Shown here one piece after another: positions 40,306 through 50,060 of a stretch of DNA of 64,000 nt. Each line of letters opens with the position of its first letter. Position 1 is the stretch's first letter. The stretch is from a virus. The stretch lies in the IMG/VR virus record IMGVR_UViG_3300022752_000024, positions 64,001 to 128,000 of that record; one strand, written 5' to 3'. The position numbers were made by a program, and so were the translations under genes. The notes beneath the pieces were generated by a model that was not told the DNA's origin, searched no databases, and saw nothing but the letters and a program-made list of their open reading frames with translations.

Positions 40306-40477
40306 TATAGTTCTCCAGTTTAATGCAACGATAATTTTTTTCAGGCAGATTTAATTCTTTAGCAGCAGCCTTGCACATTTCTTGACCACGAAAGGATGCT
40401 AGTGGTCGCCAATCATAGTATGTACGATAATGATCCGCTGAAACTACTGTCCATAGAATTAGTGCATAGACTGCCAT
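40295..40477 (-). CDS. Small exported hypothetical protein
   Basis: ORF track; hydrophobic N-terminus, two Cys. Confidence 0.6.
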   Translation of the reverse strand: MAVYALILWTVVSADHYRTYYDWRPLASFRGQEMCKAAAKELNLPEKNYRCIKLENYSGK

Positions 40478-40683
40478 TATTTTTTTCCTTTTGGTTTAGG
40501 AAACTTGCTACACCACAGACACTTGATTGATGGTGTATCTTTGAAGTAAAGATTCATGTCAAAGTATTCCTTACTGCATGATACACAGGTAAACTTCTTC
40601 ATTTCAATATCTTCAGGTTCAGCAACCTTTTTTGTTCTAGGTGTCTTTGGTTTTTCTTCTTCCATAAAATCTAATATGCTCAT
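40477..40683 (-). CDS. Small zinc-finger-like protein
   Basis: CVSC..CLWC. Confidence 0.6.
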   Translation of the reverse strand: MSILDFMEEEKPKTPRTKKVAEPEDIEMKKFTCVSCSKEYFDMNLYFKDTPSIKCLWCSKFPKPKGKK

Positions 40684-40865
40684 CTTTGTAAATGATCCAT
40701 TATATAATTTTGGACTGTTTCAACATCTACTTTGTACACCTCTGCTGGTGTTTTCATATCAAAGGCACGATTGGGAGAATCCCACCACATATCAACAAGC
40801 TGCATATCACCAAGTAAGGCAAATAACAGCTTGTTGATTCTAGGAGAAAAATTGTTTTTCATCAA
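40680..40865 (-). CDS. Hypothetical protein (MbcA/ParS/Xre antitoxin C-domain-like)
   Basis: WWDSPNRAFDMKTP resembles the W..PN..L.G..P pattern. Confidence 0.5.
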   Translation of the reverse strand: MMKNNFSPRINKLLFALLGDMQLVDMWWDSPNRAFDMKTPAEVYKVDVETVQNYIMDHLQR

Positions 40866-41185
40866 ACAGCGGTAACTTCTTCTTTTATTTCAAGAGATTT
40901 AGTTGGTTGTGTACTGCCAACATAACAACCGTTGCTGTCAAAATCTTTGAAGTTTACAAGTTGGTATGCGGTCACTTTACGACCATCTTTGACTACCTTT
41001 ACAACACCATTATCATACTTGCGAATGTCATAGATGAAGGTAGAAAGGCGATACATCAAGGCAGTCATCTTTGCATCGGCTGCAAATGACGCTTTAATAT
41101 CTTCCACGTTTACTACTTTGCCACTCAAAAGAATTTGAGCAATTTTATTGTGAGGACGAATTTTAGGTGTGTTAGTTTTTGCCAT
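40862..41185 (-). CDS. Hypothetical protein
   Basis: ORF track; likely start MAKTNT behind a sigma70 promoter. Confidence 0.65.
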   Translation of the reverse strand: MAKTNTPKIRPHNKIAQILLSGKVVNVEDIKASFAADAKMTALMYRLSTFIYDIRKYDNGVVKVVKDGRKVTAYQLVNFKDFDSNGCYVGSTQPTKSLEIKEEVTAV

Positions 41186-41218
41186 AGTATAATATTCCAA
41201 TCAGGTTAATAGAACTAT

Positions 41219-41247
41219 ATTGTAACATATTCTGGATGATATGTCAA
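41219..41247 (-). promoter_or_regulatory. Sigma70-type early promoter
   Basis: TTGACA-17 nt-TACAAT. Confidence 0.75.
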
Positions 41248-41250
41248 GAG

Positions 41251-42417
41251 TTAAAATGGAATTTCGCCAGTTGGTGGTGCTACTGGTGCTACTGGTACCA
41301 CTTCAGGCTCATTCGCTTTTATATCAATCTTAGTGTATAAATCTAAGAATGACGTTTTGGTTTCTGCATCAAAGCGGGCAACACATAGTTCAATCGCTTT
41401 CATACGATCACCAAAAATCTTATATGCTTTCGCAATATGGACAAGACGGCGAGTAGAGATAATTTCATCTACGGCATTCTCATCAAATGATTTACGAATA
41501 ACATCTGCCCACTGGACGAGCAGTTCAACGAATTCTTTATCTTCAATAAGAGGAGTAAGAATTTTCTTTTCTGTTTTTGTATCGGGAAATTCTTGTTCTA
41601 CTGTAATTGGAAATCTTTCTAAAAAAGCAGAATCTAGAATTTGAGCCAAATATTTTCCTTCGTCACTTCCTTGACCTTTGGTATTTGCAGTAGCAATCAC
41701 ATTGAAGCCAGGTGCAGGATACACCATCTCGCCATTCTTCTTATTAAAGTATGGCTTACCTTCTAGAATACCTTGCAAACACATTAGCTTGTTAGAGCCA
41801 CGGTCTACCTCATCAATCAGTAAAATCGCACCTCGCTTCATTGCAAGAATAACAGGACCGTCACGGTTAACCACGTTACCATCAACAAGTGTAGGACCGC
41901 CAAGTAAGTCGTTTTCATCGGTCTCAATAGAAATATTGACACGGATACATTCACGTTTTAGCGTGGCGCATACTTGCTCAACCATCAAGGTCTTACCGTT
42001 ACCTGATAGACCAGTAACGAACACAGGATAGAATTCTTTTGAAGAAATGATATTAGTCAAATCTTTGAAAAATCCAAACGGTACATAATCAGGATATTTC
42101 ACAGGAACAGAAGGTTCCGACTCATCAATCAGTTTAGGTTGTTTGAAAGCCAAGACCTGTGCAGCCATTTCAACGGTCTCGGTTTCTCTTACCTCGATAG
42201 GTGCGGAAGTTTTTACTTGCGGTTTAGCAGAACCAGCTACCTCAGGTAATTGATATTGACCACGACCTGCACGATATTCCTTGCGTGATACAAACCAAAA
42301 TGGATAAGGTACATCCTTTTCTGTTACCACACGGTCAACCTGGTCACGGTTTAGAATCGCACCTTCGCCATATAATTCAGCCGCGGCTTCTACAAAAGCA
42401 ATAGCATTTTTATTCAT
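41251..42417 (-). CDS. cobS: CobS/MoxR-like AAA+ ATPase
   Basis: GLSGNGKT, LLIDEVD, ATANTKGQG, AFLERF, ISTRRLVHI. Confidence 0.85.
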   Translation of the reverse strand: MNKNAIAFVEAAAELYGEGAILNRDQVDRVVTEKDVPYPFWFVSRKEYRAGRGQYQLPEVAGSAKPQVKTSAPIEVRETETVEMAAQVLAFKQPKLIDESEPSVPVKYPDYVPFGFFKDLTNIISSKEFYPVFVTGLSGNGKTLMVEQVCATLKRECIRVNISIETDENDLLGGPTLVDGNVVNRDGPVILAMKRGAILLIDEVDRGSNKLMCLQGILEGKPYFNKKNGEMVYPAPGFNVIATANTKGQGSDEGKYLAQILDSAFLERFPITVEQEFPDTKTEKKILTPLIEDKEFVELLVQWADVIRKSFDENAVDEIISTRRLVHIAKAYKIFGDRMKAIELCVARFDAETKTSFLDLYTKIDIKANEPEVVPVAPVAPPTGEIPF

Positions 42418-42427
42418 TGTTACCTCA

Positions 42428-42610
42428 TTAAAGATTTTCATTTTGTTTATACAAAGTATAAAATTCAGAATCATCCACGTAATTCATTAATTTCATTATA
42501 GCAATTACCTCATCAACTGACATACCCATGATGGTCGCCACCTGTTCTGGTGTTTTACCGTCACCAAGCATTTCAACAATTGTAATACATTGTTCCTTCA
42601 TTTTACCCAT
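42428..42610 (-). CDS. Small HTH-like protein
   Basis: MLGDGKTPEQVATIMGMSVDEV. Confidence 0.6.
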   Translation of the reverse strand: MGKMKEQCITIVEMLGDGKTPEQVATIMGMSVDEVIAIMKLMNYVDDSEFYTLYKQNENL

Positions 42611-42729
42611 AATCTTATCCTATTAAAATCTTACCTAAAAAGTAGCCACACAACAAGAATCCAAGGATTATTATCAGACCAACAAGCTCTGCTAGAAAAA
42701 TTGTAATTATTTTAATAAATTTCATTTTA

Positions 42730-42960
42730 TTAATTTTCTAAAAACACTTGGGTTGTGGCTTTGCGAAGGATAGCCATGGTTTCATCATAATCCTTTTTTG
42801 AGAGTTTTTCAGCAAGGATTCCTGCTAAGGTTGTTTCATAGTATCCTGTGGCATACGCATATCCACCACGTTTTTGATACGTCACGGCAGAGAATCCACG
42901 CAGGACAGCATCAGCCTCGGCTCGGCGTTGCGATTTAACAACAAGATTTGTCTTTTTCAT
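42730..42960 (-). CDS. Hypothetical early protein
   Basis: ORF directly behind the promoter at 42990-43018. Confidence 0.7.
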   Translation of the reverse strand: MKKTNLVVKSQRRAEADAVLRGFSAVTYQKRGGYAYATGYYETTLAGILAEKLSKKDYDETMAILRKATTQVFLEN

Positions 42961-43149
42961 AATCAGCCTTTCTCTATCAGTATGGCTCTATTATGAGGCA
43001 TTCCTGCCCAATTGTCAAGGGTTATTTTTGTTGCTTTTTTGCAACATATCTGCCGGAGCCTTGAAAACCTAGCATCCACGCGGGACGTATACAGGCTAGG
43101 AAGGGTTGTAGGAGGTTTTCTGGTAGTGGTCCACATGGAGATATTAGCC

Positions 43150-43179
43150 AAAAAAAGAGCCTCTTATACGGAGGCTCTG
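43150..43179 (-). terminator. Rho-independent terminator
   Basis: AGAGCCTC..GAGGCTCT followed by a T run on the minus strand. Confidence 0.8.
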
Positions 43180-43209
43180 GAAATTATCATTTTGACAATT
43201 ATTGGATGG

Positions 43210-43455
43210 TTAATTAAAAAATTCCTGATTCATTTCATGGGTCTTAATTTCCTTTTCCGTATATTCTACGGAATGCCATTCTCCGTCAGGAGTTTGGGCA
43301 CGTACAATATCAAAGGAATATATGGATCCCATTTCAGTAAAAAAGCCCTCGACCTCTGCAAAACGGGTTACAGTCTTTTTATTGTCTAGCATGGTACCAA
43401 ACCATCCATTACGGAGTTGGATACGCATTCCTTTTTTAATTTCAGCGGTTTTCAT
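43210..43455 (-). CDS. Hypothetical early protein
   Basis: ORF track; AGGAGA RBS. Confidence 0.75.
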   Translation of the reverse strand: MKTAEIKKGMRIQLRNGWFGTMLDNKKTVTRFAEVEGFFTEMGSIYSFDIVRAQTPDGEWHSVEYTEKEIKTHEMNQEFFN

Positions 43456-43489
43456 TTTTTCTCCTAGTTCAATGTAAGTACATTATAAA

Positions 43490-44323
43490 TTAGCCGCATA
43501 GTGCAAATTCCGCTAATTGTTTCCAATTGTCATTAGGGTTCGCTTTACGAATTTTGGTGCATTGTATAAGTGAACGAAGGGACAGTTCACGAACATAGTC
43601 CTTAACATTATCAATAAGGTTAAGGGCATCGAGTTTCATAGCACGAGGAAACTCAGGCATAAACTCTGGTGCATCAACAAGGAAACGCATCCGGTCAACT
43701 TTTTGTTGGGTAGTCATTGATAGGTCAACAACCATAGAACGGCTAAGGATCGCTTGGTCAATCTGGCTTGATGATAGGTTACTGATAAAGATAACACGAC
43801 CTTTGAATTCAAAAGATTGAGGAAGGTCCTCATCACGGATATCCGCACGGTAAGTGATAATACGGCGAGAATAAGAATCCAACGCAGCCTTCAATAAATT
43901 CAATGATACAGGATCCCGCAGGATAGAATCTGTATCATCAAAAACTAGGACGCCATCTTTGTTTTCGTATAATGTACGGTACAGGCCTTTGGCAGTCGAA
44001 TAGCCTTTTACAACCACATAATTCTTTTTGCCTACAGGTGCACCGATTTCAGCAAGGGACATATCCTTCATGCCTGCTTGCCGCAAGGATTGAGTAACAG
44101 TAAAGGACTTGCCAAGACCGCCAGGACCTGTAACGATAACGGAAGCCTGATCGCCTTTGGCTAGCATGGTCACCATATCTGATACAAAACCAAAACGCTC
44201 ATTAATTGAAAAACGTGATTCTACAACAGGAGCAGGTTCTGTATTGAATTTGGTAACAGTAACAGGACCATTTTGTTGGTTCTTGGTCTTACGAAAACCT
44301 GCACGTGGAACGCCTCTTGGCAT
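43490..44323 (-). CDS. P-loop / AAA-type ATPase
   Basis: GPGGLGKS Walker A, LVFDD Walker B, IFISN, AILSRS. Confidence 0.8.
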   Translation of the reverse strand: MPRGVPRAGFRKTKNQQNGPVTVTKFNTEPAPVVESRFSINERFGFVSDMVTMLAKGDQASVIVTGPGGLGKSFTVTQSLRQAGMKDMSLAEIGAPVGKKNYVVVKGYSTAKGLYRTLYENKDGVLVFDDTDSILRDPVSLNLLKAALDSYSRRIITYRADIRDEDLPQSFEFKGRVIFISNLSSSQIDQAILSRSMVVDLSMTTQQKVDRMRFLVDAPEFMPEFPRAMKLDALNLIDNVKDYVRELSLRSLIQCTKIRKANPNDNWKQLAEFALCG

Positions 44324-44476
44324 ATTATGCTCCTTTGAGTTAATTAATCAGTATGGATACAGTATAGGGTATCCATGCCGAATTGTCAAGGGTTTTATCC
44401 TCTTATTCCTATTAAAAATAAGAGAGTTGTTGCAATAATTGCAATTATTCCTGTTATTATCACAATTGCAAGATCC

Positions 44477-44677
44477 TCACGCATAGTGCCTCTCTATAAT
44501 CTCAGGACGATAAGAACCCACAAAGGCAATCAATTCCTTTGGTGATAGTGAATCCAGTTTTTCTTGGATAGCGTTATAAGCAAAATCTTCCAATTGTTCG
44601 GGTGTCATGCTAATAACCCTCTGCCACGCATATTCCGTCTGTATGCGGTCCCTACGGTCGTTAGTGAGTCTTAACAT
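44477..44677 (-). CDS. Hypothetical protein
   Basis: ORF track; GGAGG RBS. Confidence 0.65.
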   Translation of the reverse strand: MLRLTNDRRDRIQTEYAWQRVISMTPEQLEDFAYNAIQEKLDSLSPKELIAFVGSYRPEIIERHYA

Positions 44678-45141
44678 TACATTTCCTCCGTTTTTTCATC
44701 AAGTGCCAATTCACTCACTACGTCAGAGAATTCGGTATCATCATAGGAAGCAAAAGTCCACTGGTTGTTTTGAAACAGGTAACAATACTCTGCTCCACGG
44801 TTATAGTATTCCTCAAGAAAATCAGCTTCGGACTTAAAAATTCGTGCGGTTGCATCGAATTCACCACGGTCACGACCATAAAAGGTTGACCAATCTTTTG
44901 CATTGGCTTCCTCATACGCCTCACGCTCACCCTCAAAAGGTGAGAAAGGACGTTTTTGACCAATCACTTTTCCTAGTGACGAAATATCACCCAAAACCAA
45001 CAGGTCAAGGATATTCTCTTCCGTGTTATAACTTTCAACTAGGGTCTGACCAACACCTTGCAGATAACCATCCCAATGACAATAAACTGCCATAATAACA
45101 GTATCAGCCAATTTGATACCAATAGCGGAACGAGTAGCCAT
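44677..45141 (-). CDS. Conserved hypothetical phage protein
   Basis: MATRSAIG..YCHWDGY..GDISSL..FYGRDRGE..EYCYLF. Confidence 0.8.
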   Translation of the reverse strand: MATRSAIGIKLADTVIMAVYCHWDGYLQGVGQTLVESYNTEENILDLLVLGDISSLGKVIGQKRPFSPFEGEREAYEEANAKDWSTFYGRDRGEFDATARIFKSEADFLEEYYNRGAEYCYLFQNNQWTFASYDDTEFSDVVSELALDEKTEEM

Positions 45142-45273
45142 TATTTTTTCTCCATAATATAATCAATCACAATTTTTGATTCTGAATAATCAGAATATTC
45201 CAAGGCAGCCTCAATCATTTGCTCATGCAGGTCATAAAGGTCTTCCAGCATGGCTTCAATAATTTGACGTTTC

Positions 45274-45603
45274 CTATACATACGTTTTTTCCTTCATCAG
45301 GTCGGAATACTCAATAGCCGTTTCAGGGTATAGAATTTCGCCATCAAAATCCAACTGGCTTTGCTCAAACCAGGACAGATAGGTATCAGGTTCAATGGTA
45401 AAATATTCCACGTATTCCTGGGACATATCGCTATTATGGCAAAGGATTTTTTCAACGTGGTCAACGATAGGCTGATAGGATGCCTTATCATTGTAAATAG
45501 GCACGTTTAGAATCTTATGGGATGACCCACCTTTCATTTTCCAATAAGGTTCGTCAGGTGAGCCATAATTCTCGGTGTACTGCGTGTGGATGACTAGCAT
45601 CAT
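45274..45603 (-). CDS. Conserved hypothetical phage protein
   Basis: TQYTENYG..YWKMKGG; behind a cassette promoter. Confidence 0.75.
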   Translation of the reverse strand: MMLVIHTQYTENYGSPDEPYWKMKGGSSHKILNVPIYNDKASYQPIVDHVEKILCHNSDMSQEYVEYFTIEPDTYLSWFEQSQLDFDGEILYPETAIEYSDLMKEKTYV

Positions 45604-45808
45604 AAAAGTCTCCTATCAATCAATTTATATGACTATTATAAGGCATCCATGCCGAATTGTCAAGGGTTTTACCAACCTTCCATCCACATTTCAATCTTGT
45701 CATAATAGTATTCCGCAAGGTCTGCTATAAATGACAACTGTTTCAATAATAGCAACGGAAACAGGATTGTCAATCGGATAAGCCATGTTAGGGTCCAATT
45801 ATACAATT

Positions 45809-46492
45809 TTAGACTCCTAAAAAATTCGTAGGTAAGTCGGCAAAGGTTGCATTGGTACCATAAAGGTTTGCCCGCTGCCAAGACCACAGGTCGGCTATTT
45901 TATTATAGGTAGGACCAAACACGTATCCCGTAGCCTCTACACAGGACTGCCAGCCACCTGGCACGTTTTTACAGACAATTTTCATAATTTATACCTCATC
46001 ACAAAAGTCAACAATTTCGGTAAGTTTAATTGCAGGGTGTGCAAAATCATACCACATTTCATTTACCAAGTCGGTTACATCGGCATCCTCAGATACCCAA
46101 ACACGCACCACAACCTCGATGGATTTTAGTTTATCCTTGTCCAGTTTATCCTTGTCCATTAGTATACCTCTCTTTCGCGGATGTCATAGGTAAAGTAATG
46201 ATTTCCATCATCCTTTTCCATCTCTTTAATATAATTAATGGCATCATCATACTTGGCAAATACTCTCAAAACGGTATCTCCCTCATATTCATATATTTCC
46301 ACTACAATAAATACTTTTTGCATTTTCTTACCTCATTGTTGCTAATCTTACCCATGCACCATCCACAGGTAATCTCAAGGTTTCGGACTCATCCAAAGAA
46401 AAGGTGTCAAAATTATCATCATCCACCCATCCGTCGGTGTTACTCCAGAGAAAATCTGGATCAATTGTGTTTTGAATAACAAAGCGGTTCAT
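45809..46492 (-). other. Run of four short CDSs (54-58 aa) missed by the ORF track
   Basis: 46492-46328 MNRFVIQ..; 46323-46159 MQKVFIV..; 46159-45989 MDKDKLDKDKL..; 45985-45809 MKIVCKN..; each has a GAGG or AGGAG RBS. Confidence 0.65.
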
Positions 46493-46588
46493 AATTAAAA
46501 CTCCTATATTTCATCATCAATCAATATGGATACAGTATAAGGCATCCATGCCGAATTGTCAAGGGTTATTCCACTGGTTAGTGACCAC

Positions 46589-46798
46589 TTAGATTACAAA
46601 GTCTACCACGTAGGTATCCATTTCAATTTTGCTAATCTTGCACTTAAAATCAAATGCCTGCATCAAATTGGAAAAGACCTTGCGGGATACGGACATCGGA
46701 GCGGTGTAGAATAATGATCCATTGTACACTTCAAAGTCCGTTACCTTCAGTCCTGCATTGGTACACACCTCGGACACTACCTGATTAAAATTATCCAT
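46589..46798 (-). CDS. Hypothetical protein, paralog of 48143-48355
   Basis: YNGSLFYTAPMSVSRKVFSNLM. Confidence 0.75.
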   Translation of the reverse strand: MDNFNQVVSEVCTNAGLKVTDFEVYNGSLFYTAPMSVSRKVFSNLMQAFDFKCKISKIEMDTYVVDFVI

Positions 46799-46799
46799 G

Positions 46800-46997
46800 T
46801 TATTCAGTCTCCCCAAATAGGTACGATATATCACGTTGGTCCAATTCCATCATTAATTCCTCATCAGCCATCGCACGATAACCTTTGAAGCCTGATTCTA
46901 GAATTGACCTCAATAATTCCACGCCATAGTCGGAATTCATAACGGTATCAAAATCATTATCCACTAGGGTTTCAATAGCTTTTTCACGGTCGAACAT
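46800..46997 (-). CDS. Hypothetical protein, paralog of 48693-48902
   Basis: REKAIETL..ILESGFKGY..EL..EL. Confidence 0.75.
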   Translation of the reverse strand: MFDREKAIETLVDNDFDTVMNSDYGVELLRSILESGFKGYRAMADEELMMELDQRDISYLFGETE

Positions 46998-47046
46998 TTT
47001 TTACCTCTTATAGTTAAGAATTAATTAAGTAGCCTTTAAGCAGCCT

Positions 47047-47796
47047 TTACGCTGCCGCCAACATAATTGTAGGATATTTCACAAAACCAGTGGTGTCTTT
47101 TTTCGCTTTACCTTTTGCATATAAGCCAACTACCACACCTTTAGGATCAAGGAATCGCAGGTCAGAATCATCACCATTAAAGACAGGACGACCTAGATAC
47201 GATTCTGGCATGGGTTCAGTCTTTTTGATACCAAAGACCACTGCCACATTGTAACCTTGCTCAATAGCCTTAATAACATCAGAATCATTACCATCGGCGG
47301 CTGAAAAGGTCAAGTGGTAGTTAGGAATATGCTTAATCTTACGACCAAGGATTTTGGTATAGTCATAAAATTGTACCTCAGGGAATGCAAAGAAAATGTT
47401 AGGATACGTCACACCATTACGGACTACCTCATACTTTTCCCATGCGATATCACTAGTACCATTAGGACGATAAACAGGAATCAAACCTAAACGGATAGAT
47501 TGTTTAAGACCTAATTCGATATCTGCAACCATTAAACGCATGAATTCCTCACGGTTTTCAAAGAATAAACGGGTCTTGCGTTTCCGTGCTTCCTGTATGA
47601 CGTTAGTGGTCTCGCCACGTTTCATCATACCGCCACGACCAGCCATATTGAGGCAGGCTAGTGTACAGCCTTCAGTCCGCATGGCGCAGGTTTCATAACC
47701 AGAAAGGTTAGCAGGAGCAAGGTGTAGAATGTAGGTATTGAAACCTTGCTTAGTGCCTTTGAGGACTTTGGGATTACCCGTAGATAATAATTTCAT
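47047..47796 (-). CDS. Conserved Cys-motif phage protein (GP88-like)
   Basis: LAPA..C-x6-C-x3-CL..AGRG, RPNGTSD, QFYDYTK, NYHLTFS, GDDSDLRFLD. Confidence 0.65.
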   Translation of the reverse strand: MKLLSTGNPKVLKGTKQGFNTYILHLAPANLSGYETCAMRTEGCTLACLNMAGRGGMMKRGETTNVIQEARKRKTRLFFENREEFMRLMVADIELGLKQSIRLGLIPVYRPNGTSDIAWEKYEVVRNGVTYPNIFFAFPEVQFYDYTKILGRKIKHIPNYHLTFSAADGNDSDVIKAIEQGYNVAVVFGIKKTEPMPESYLGRPVFNGDDSDLRFLDPKGVVVGLYAKGKAKKDTTGFVKYPTIMLAAA

Positions 47797-47858
47797 AATT
47801 TGTTTGCTTTCGTCAATTAATCACTATGGATACATTCTACAGGTAATCCTGCCAATTG

Positions 47859-48125
47859 TCAAGCGTTTTTGGCAAAATCTTTTCGAATGCCAGTCACCGT
47901 TTTCCGTGGCATGGAAACGGTAATATTATAATAACCTTTAGACTCCATGACCCTCCGAATATTGCCTGAAATAGTCCACCGCTGAAGGTGTTGCTCATCT
48001 GTCAAGTCCTCCAATATTCCACAGAGGTGTTCTAATTTGGGTTCCAATGTAAAAGGGATAACGTCAAGGACCTTGCCGTCACGGACAATTGTTTTCTTTT
48101 TAGCAACCACAATTTCGTTTTTCAT
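47859..48125 (-). CDS. Hypothetical protein
   Basis: ORF track; stop overlaps the next -35 box. Confidence 0.65.
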   Translation of the reverse strand: MKNEIVVAKKKTIVRDGKVLDVIPFTLEPKLEHLCGILEDLTDEQHLQRWTISGNIRRVMESKGYYNITVSMPRKTVTGIRKDFAKNA

Positions 48126-48142
48126 TTTACTATCCTTTACAG

Positions 48143-48355
48143 TTAAGCAACAAAATCCACGGCATAGTAATCCATTTCAATTCTGCTAATTTTGCAGCGG
48201 CCATTAAACTCCTTCATTAGGTTGGAGAATATCTTACGGGACACTGATAACGGAGCCGTATAGAATAAGGTTCCGTTGTATATTTCATAATCAGCAGGAG
48301 CCAGGTACTCGCCACATGTTTTATTGACAACGGTTTCAAAAAATGAATTTTTCAT
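48143..48355 (-). CDS. Hypothetical protein, paralog of 46589-46798
   Basis: YNGTLFYTAPLSVSRKIFSNLM. Confidence 0.75.
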   Translation of the reverse strand: MKNSFFETVVNKTCGEYLAPADYEIYNGTLFYTAPLSVSRKIFSNLMKEFNGRCKISRIEMDYYAVDFVA

Positions 48356-48378
48356 GTTAATGTGTACTCACTTAAAAA

Positions 48379-48615
48379 TTAATCTTCAGACAATTCCACG
48401 TCCTCATCGGTATAGCCTTCCACGTAGAAATTGCCATCATCAGCCGCAGAATTAACAAAATTCAAAAAATCCTCACGGTATGCAATAGGATCCATTTCCT
48501 TCAGTATAGCAGATGGTGCGAATTCAAGATAGCCCATGCGGAACGGCTCATTGCATTCGTCCAACAATTCGTCAAACATTTCCATGGCTTCGGATTCAGT
48601 GTAGATGGTAGTCAT
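48379..48615 (-). CDS. Acidic hypothetical protein
   Basis: FDELLDE..ILKEMDPIAYR; behind a cassette promoter. Confidence 0.75.
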   Translation of the reverse strand: MTTIYTESEAMEMFDELLDECNEPFRMGYLEFAPSAILKEMDPIAYREDFLNFVNSAADDGNFYVEGYTDEDVELSED

Positions 48616-48692
48616 ATAATCTCCTATCAATTAATCAGTGTATGGATACAGTATAACGGCAAAGGTGCCAATTGTCAAGGGCTTTGCCAAGA

Positions 48693-48902
48693 TTATCCTT
48701 CATACAATTCGAGTTTAAAACTATCATCAAACCGTTCTGCCAATTCTGTTATCAATTCAGAATTGGTATAATTCTGATAACCACGGAACCCTGTTCTAAG
48801 AATATCCTCAAGGTACCAGGTGTCGTTATTGGAAAGAAAATCTGTTACGGTATTAACATCATCCCGAATCAGGGTCTCAATGGCTTTTTCACGGTTAATC
48901 AT
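48693..48902 (-). CDS. Hypothetical protein, paralog of 46800-46997
   Basis: REKAIETL..ILRTGFRGY..EL..EL. Confidence 0.75.
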   Translation of the reverse strand: MINREKAIETLIRDDVNTVTDFLSNNDTWYLEDILRTGFRGYQNYTNSELITELAERFDDSFKLELYEG

Positions 48903-48969
48903 ATAATCTCCTATCAATTAATCACTATGGATACAGTATAGCGGAATGGCAGTGAATTGTCAAGGGTTA

Positions 48970-49332
48970 TCCAAGGAAAAAATGAAAATAAACCGTAGGA
49001 AATACTGTTATCCAAAAGATAACCGCAGGATATTCTATTGGTTTTGGGTTCCTGATAGTTTTTGGCTATCGGGCGCATAGGGTCTCGCGGATCCTCTTGG
49101 TAGATAGGTCTTAATTACATCCACCGAGCAAACCTTTCAGAATACTGCCAGGAACCTTCAGAAAGGTCTCAGAGGGTCCCTAAGGGTATGCGGAATGGCT
49201 AGCATAGTATACCGAAAAAGCCTCGGAGAAACCCGTTTAAACGGCAAAGTTTACTCTGGGACAACTAATTATCGGAATGATAACATCATGCCCAGGAGTG
49301 GATTAGGATACCAGATTTGCTGCATCACCATA
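48970..49332 (-). ncRNA. Candidate structured non-coding RNA / cis-acting DNA element
   Basis: About 360 nt with no ORF of 60 aa or more, directly behind a consensus promoter (49338-49366), with at least 7 hairpins. Confidence 0.4.
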
Positions 49333-49384
49333 GAATCATTATAGGGTATTTCAAAGGAATTGTCAAGGGTTTTGCGAGGAAATA

Positions 49385-49417
49385 AAAAAAATCCTCTAGT
49401 TTTTCCACTAGAGGATT
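49385..49417 (-). terminator. Rho-independent terminator
   Basis: AATCCTCTAGT-ggaaaa-ACTAGAGGATT followed by a T run on the minus strand. Confidence 0.85.
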
Positions 49418-49436
49418 CTTATCAAGTTACTAAGGC

Positions 49437-49736
49437 TTATGCGGTTGCAAACTTAGTAACAACGGCTTTCGAAGGTTTCTTGGCAGCCTTGATGGCTTTG
49501 GTGCCAACTTTTGGTGCTTTCATGGCTGCCAGCTTGGCTTCCAGCTGGGCGATTCGAGCAGCCTTTTTGGCTTCACGGTCTTGGGCTTTCAAGGTCTTTT
49601 GGATAGCCTTGGTGGCTTTTTGAGTAGCCTTGAATTCCTTTTCATCGGCTTGGGCGGACTTCAATTGAACCTTCAAGGATTTGAGGGTTGCGGTAGCGGC
49701 AGCGATATCTGCCTTAAGGAGTTGGATCTTAGTCAT
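49437..49736 (-). CDS. Lys/Ala-rich basic coiled-coil protein
   Basis: 99 aa, highly K/A-rich; has its own promoter and terminator. Confidence 0.75.
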   Translation of the reverse strand: MTKIQLLKADIAAATATLKSLKVQLKSAQADEKEFKATQKATKAIQKTLKAQDREAKKAARIAQLEAKLAAMKAPKVGTKAIKAAKKPSKAVVTKFATA

Positions 49737-49928
49737 ATGTTACCTTTCGAAAAAATTAATCAATTTGTTTACTCAATGGATACAGTATAGCGGTTTTGCT
49801 GCCAATTGTCAAGGGTTATTTCAATTAATCCTTGCGGTCAAATAGTGCGTCCAGGATAATGTATACACTACCTGCAATAGTTGCAATAATAAAAACGATC
49901 TCTAGAGTTTCCATACCTTACCTCTTAA

Positions 49929-50060
49929 TTAAATGCAAAGGTTAATCAGATTACAAGTTACCTCAACGATCCCACTACCTACAATTGTCGAAATAGCAAG
50001 GACTGCCTTCGAGAATACTGCCCCGGTGATCAGGCTTGCGAGAATGATAAGGATTTGCAT
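49929..50060 (-). CDS. Small hydrophobic protein
   Basis: MQILIILASLITGAVF.. behind the promoter at 50098-50126. Confidence 0.5.
   Translation of the reverse strand: MQILIILASLITGAVFSKAVLAISTIVGSGIVEVTCNLINLCI

Noticed and set aside
42963-43389. ORFs 42963-43151 (-) and 43012-43389 (+)
   Set aside because: They run across a promoter, palindrome and terminator, or lie antisense to a better gene.
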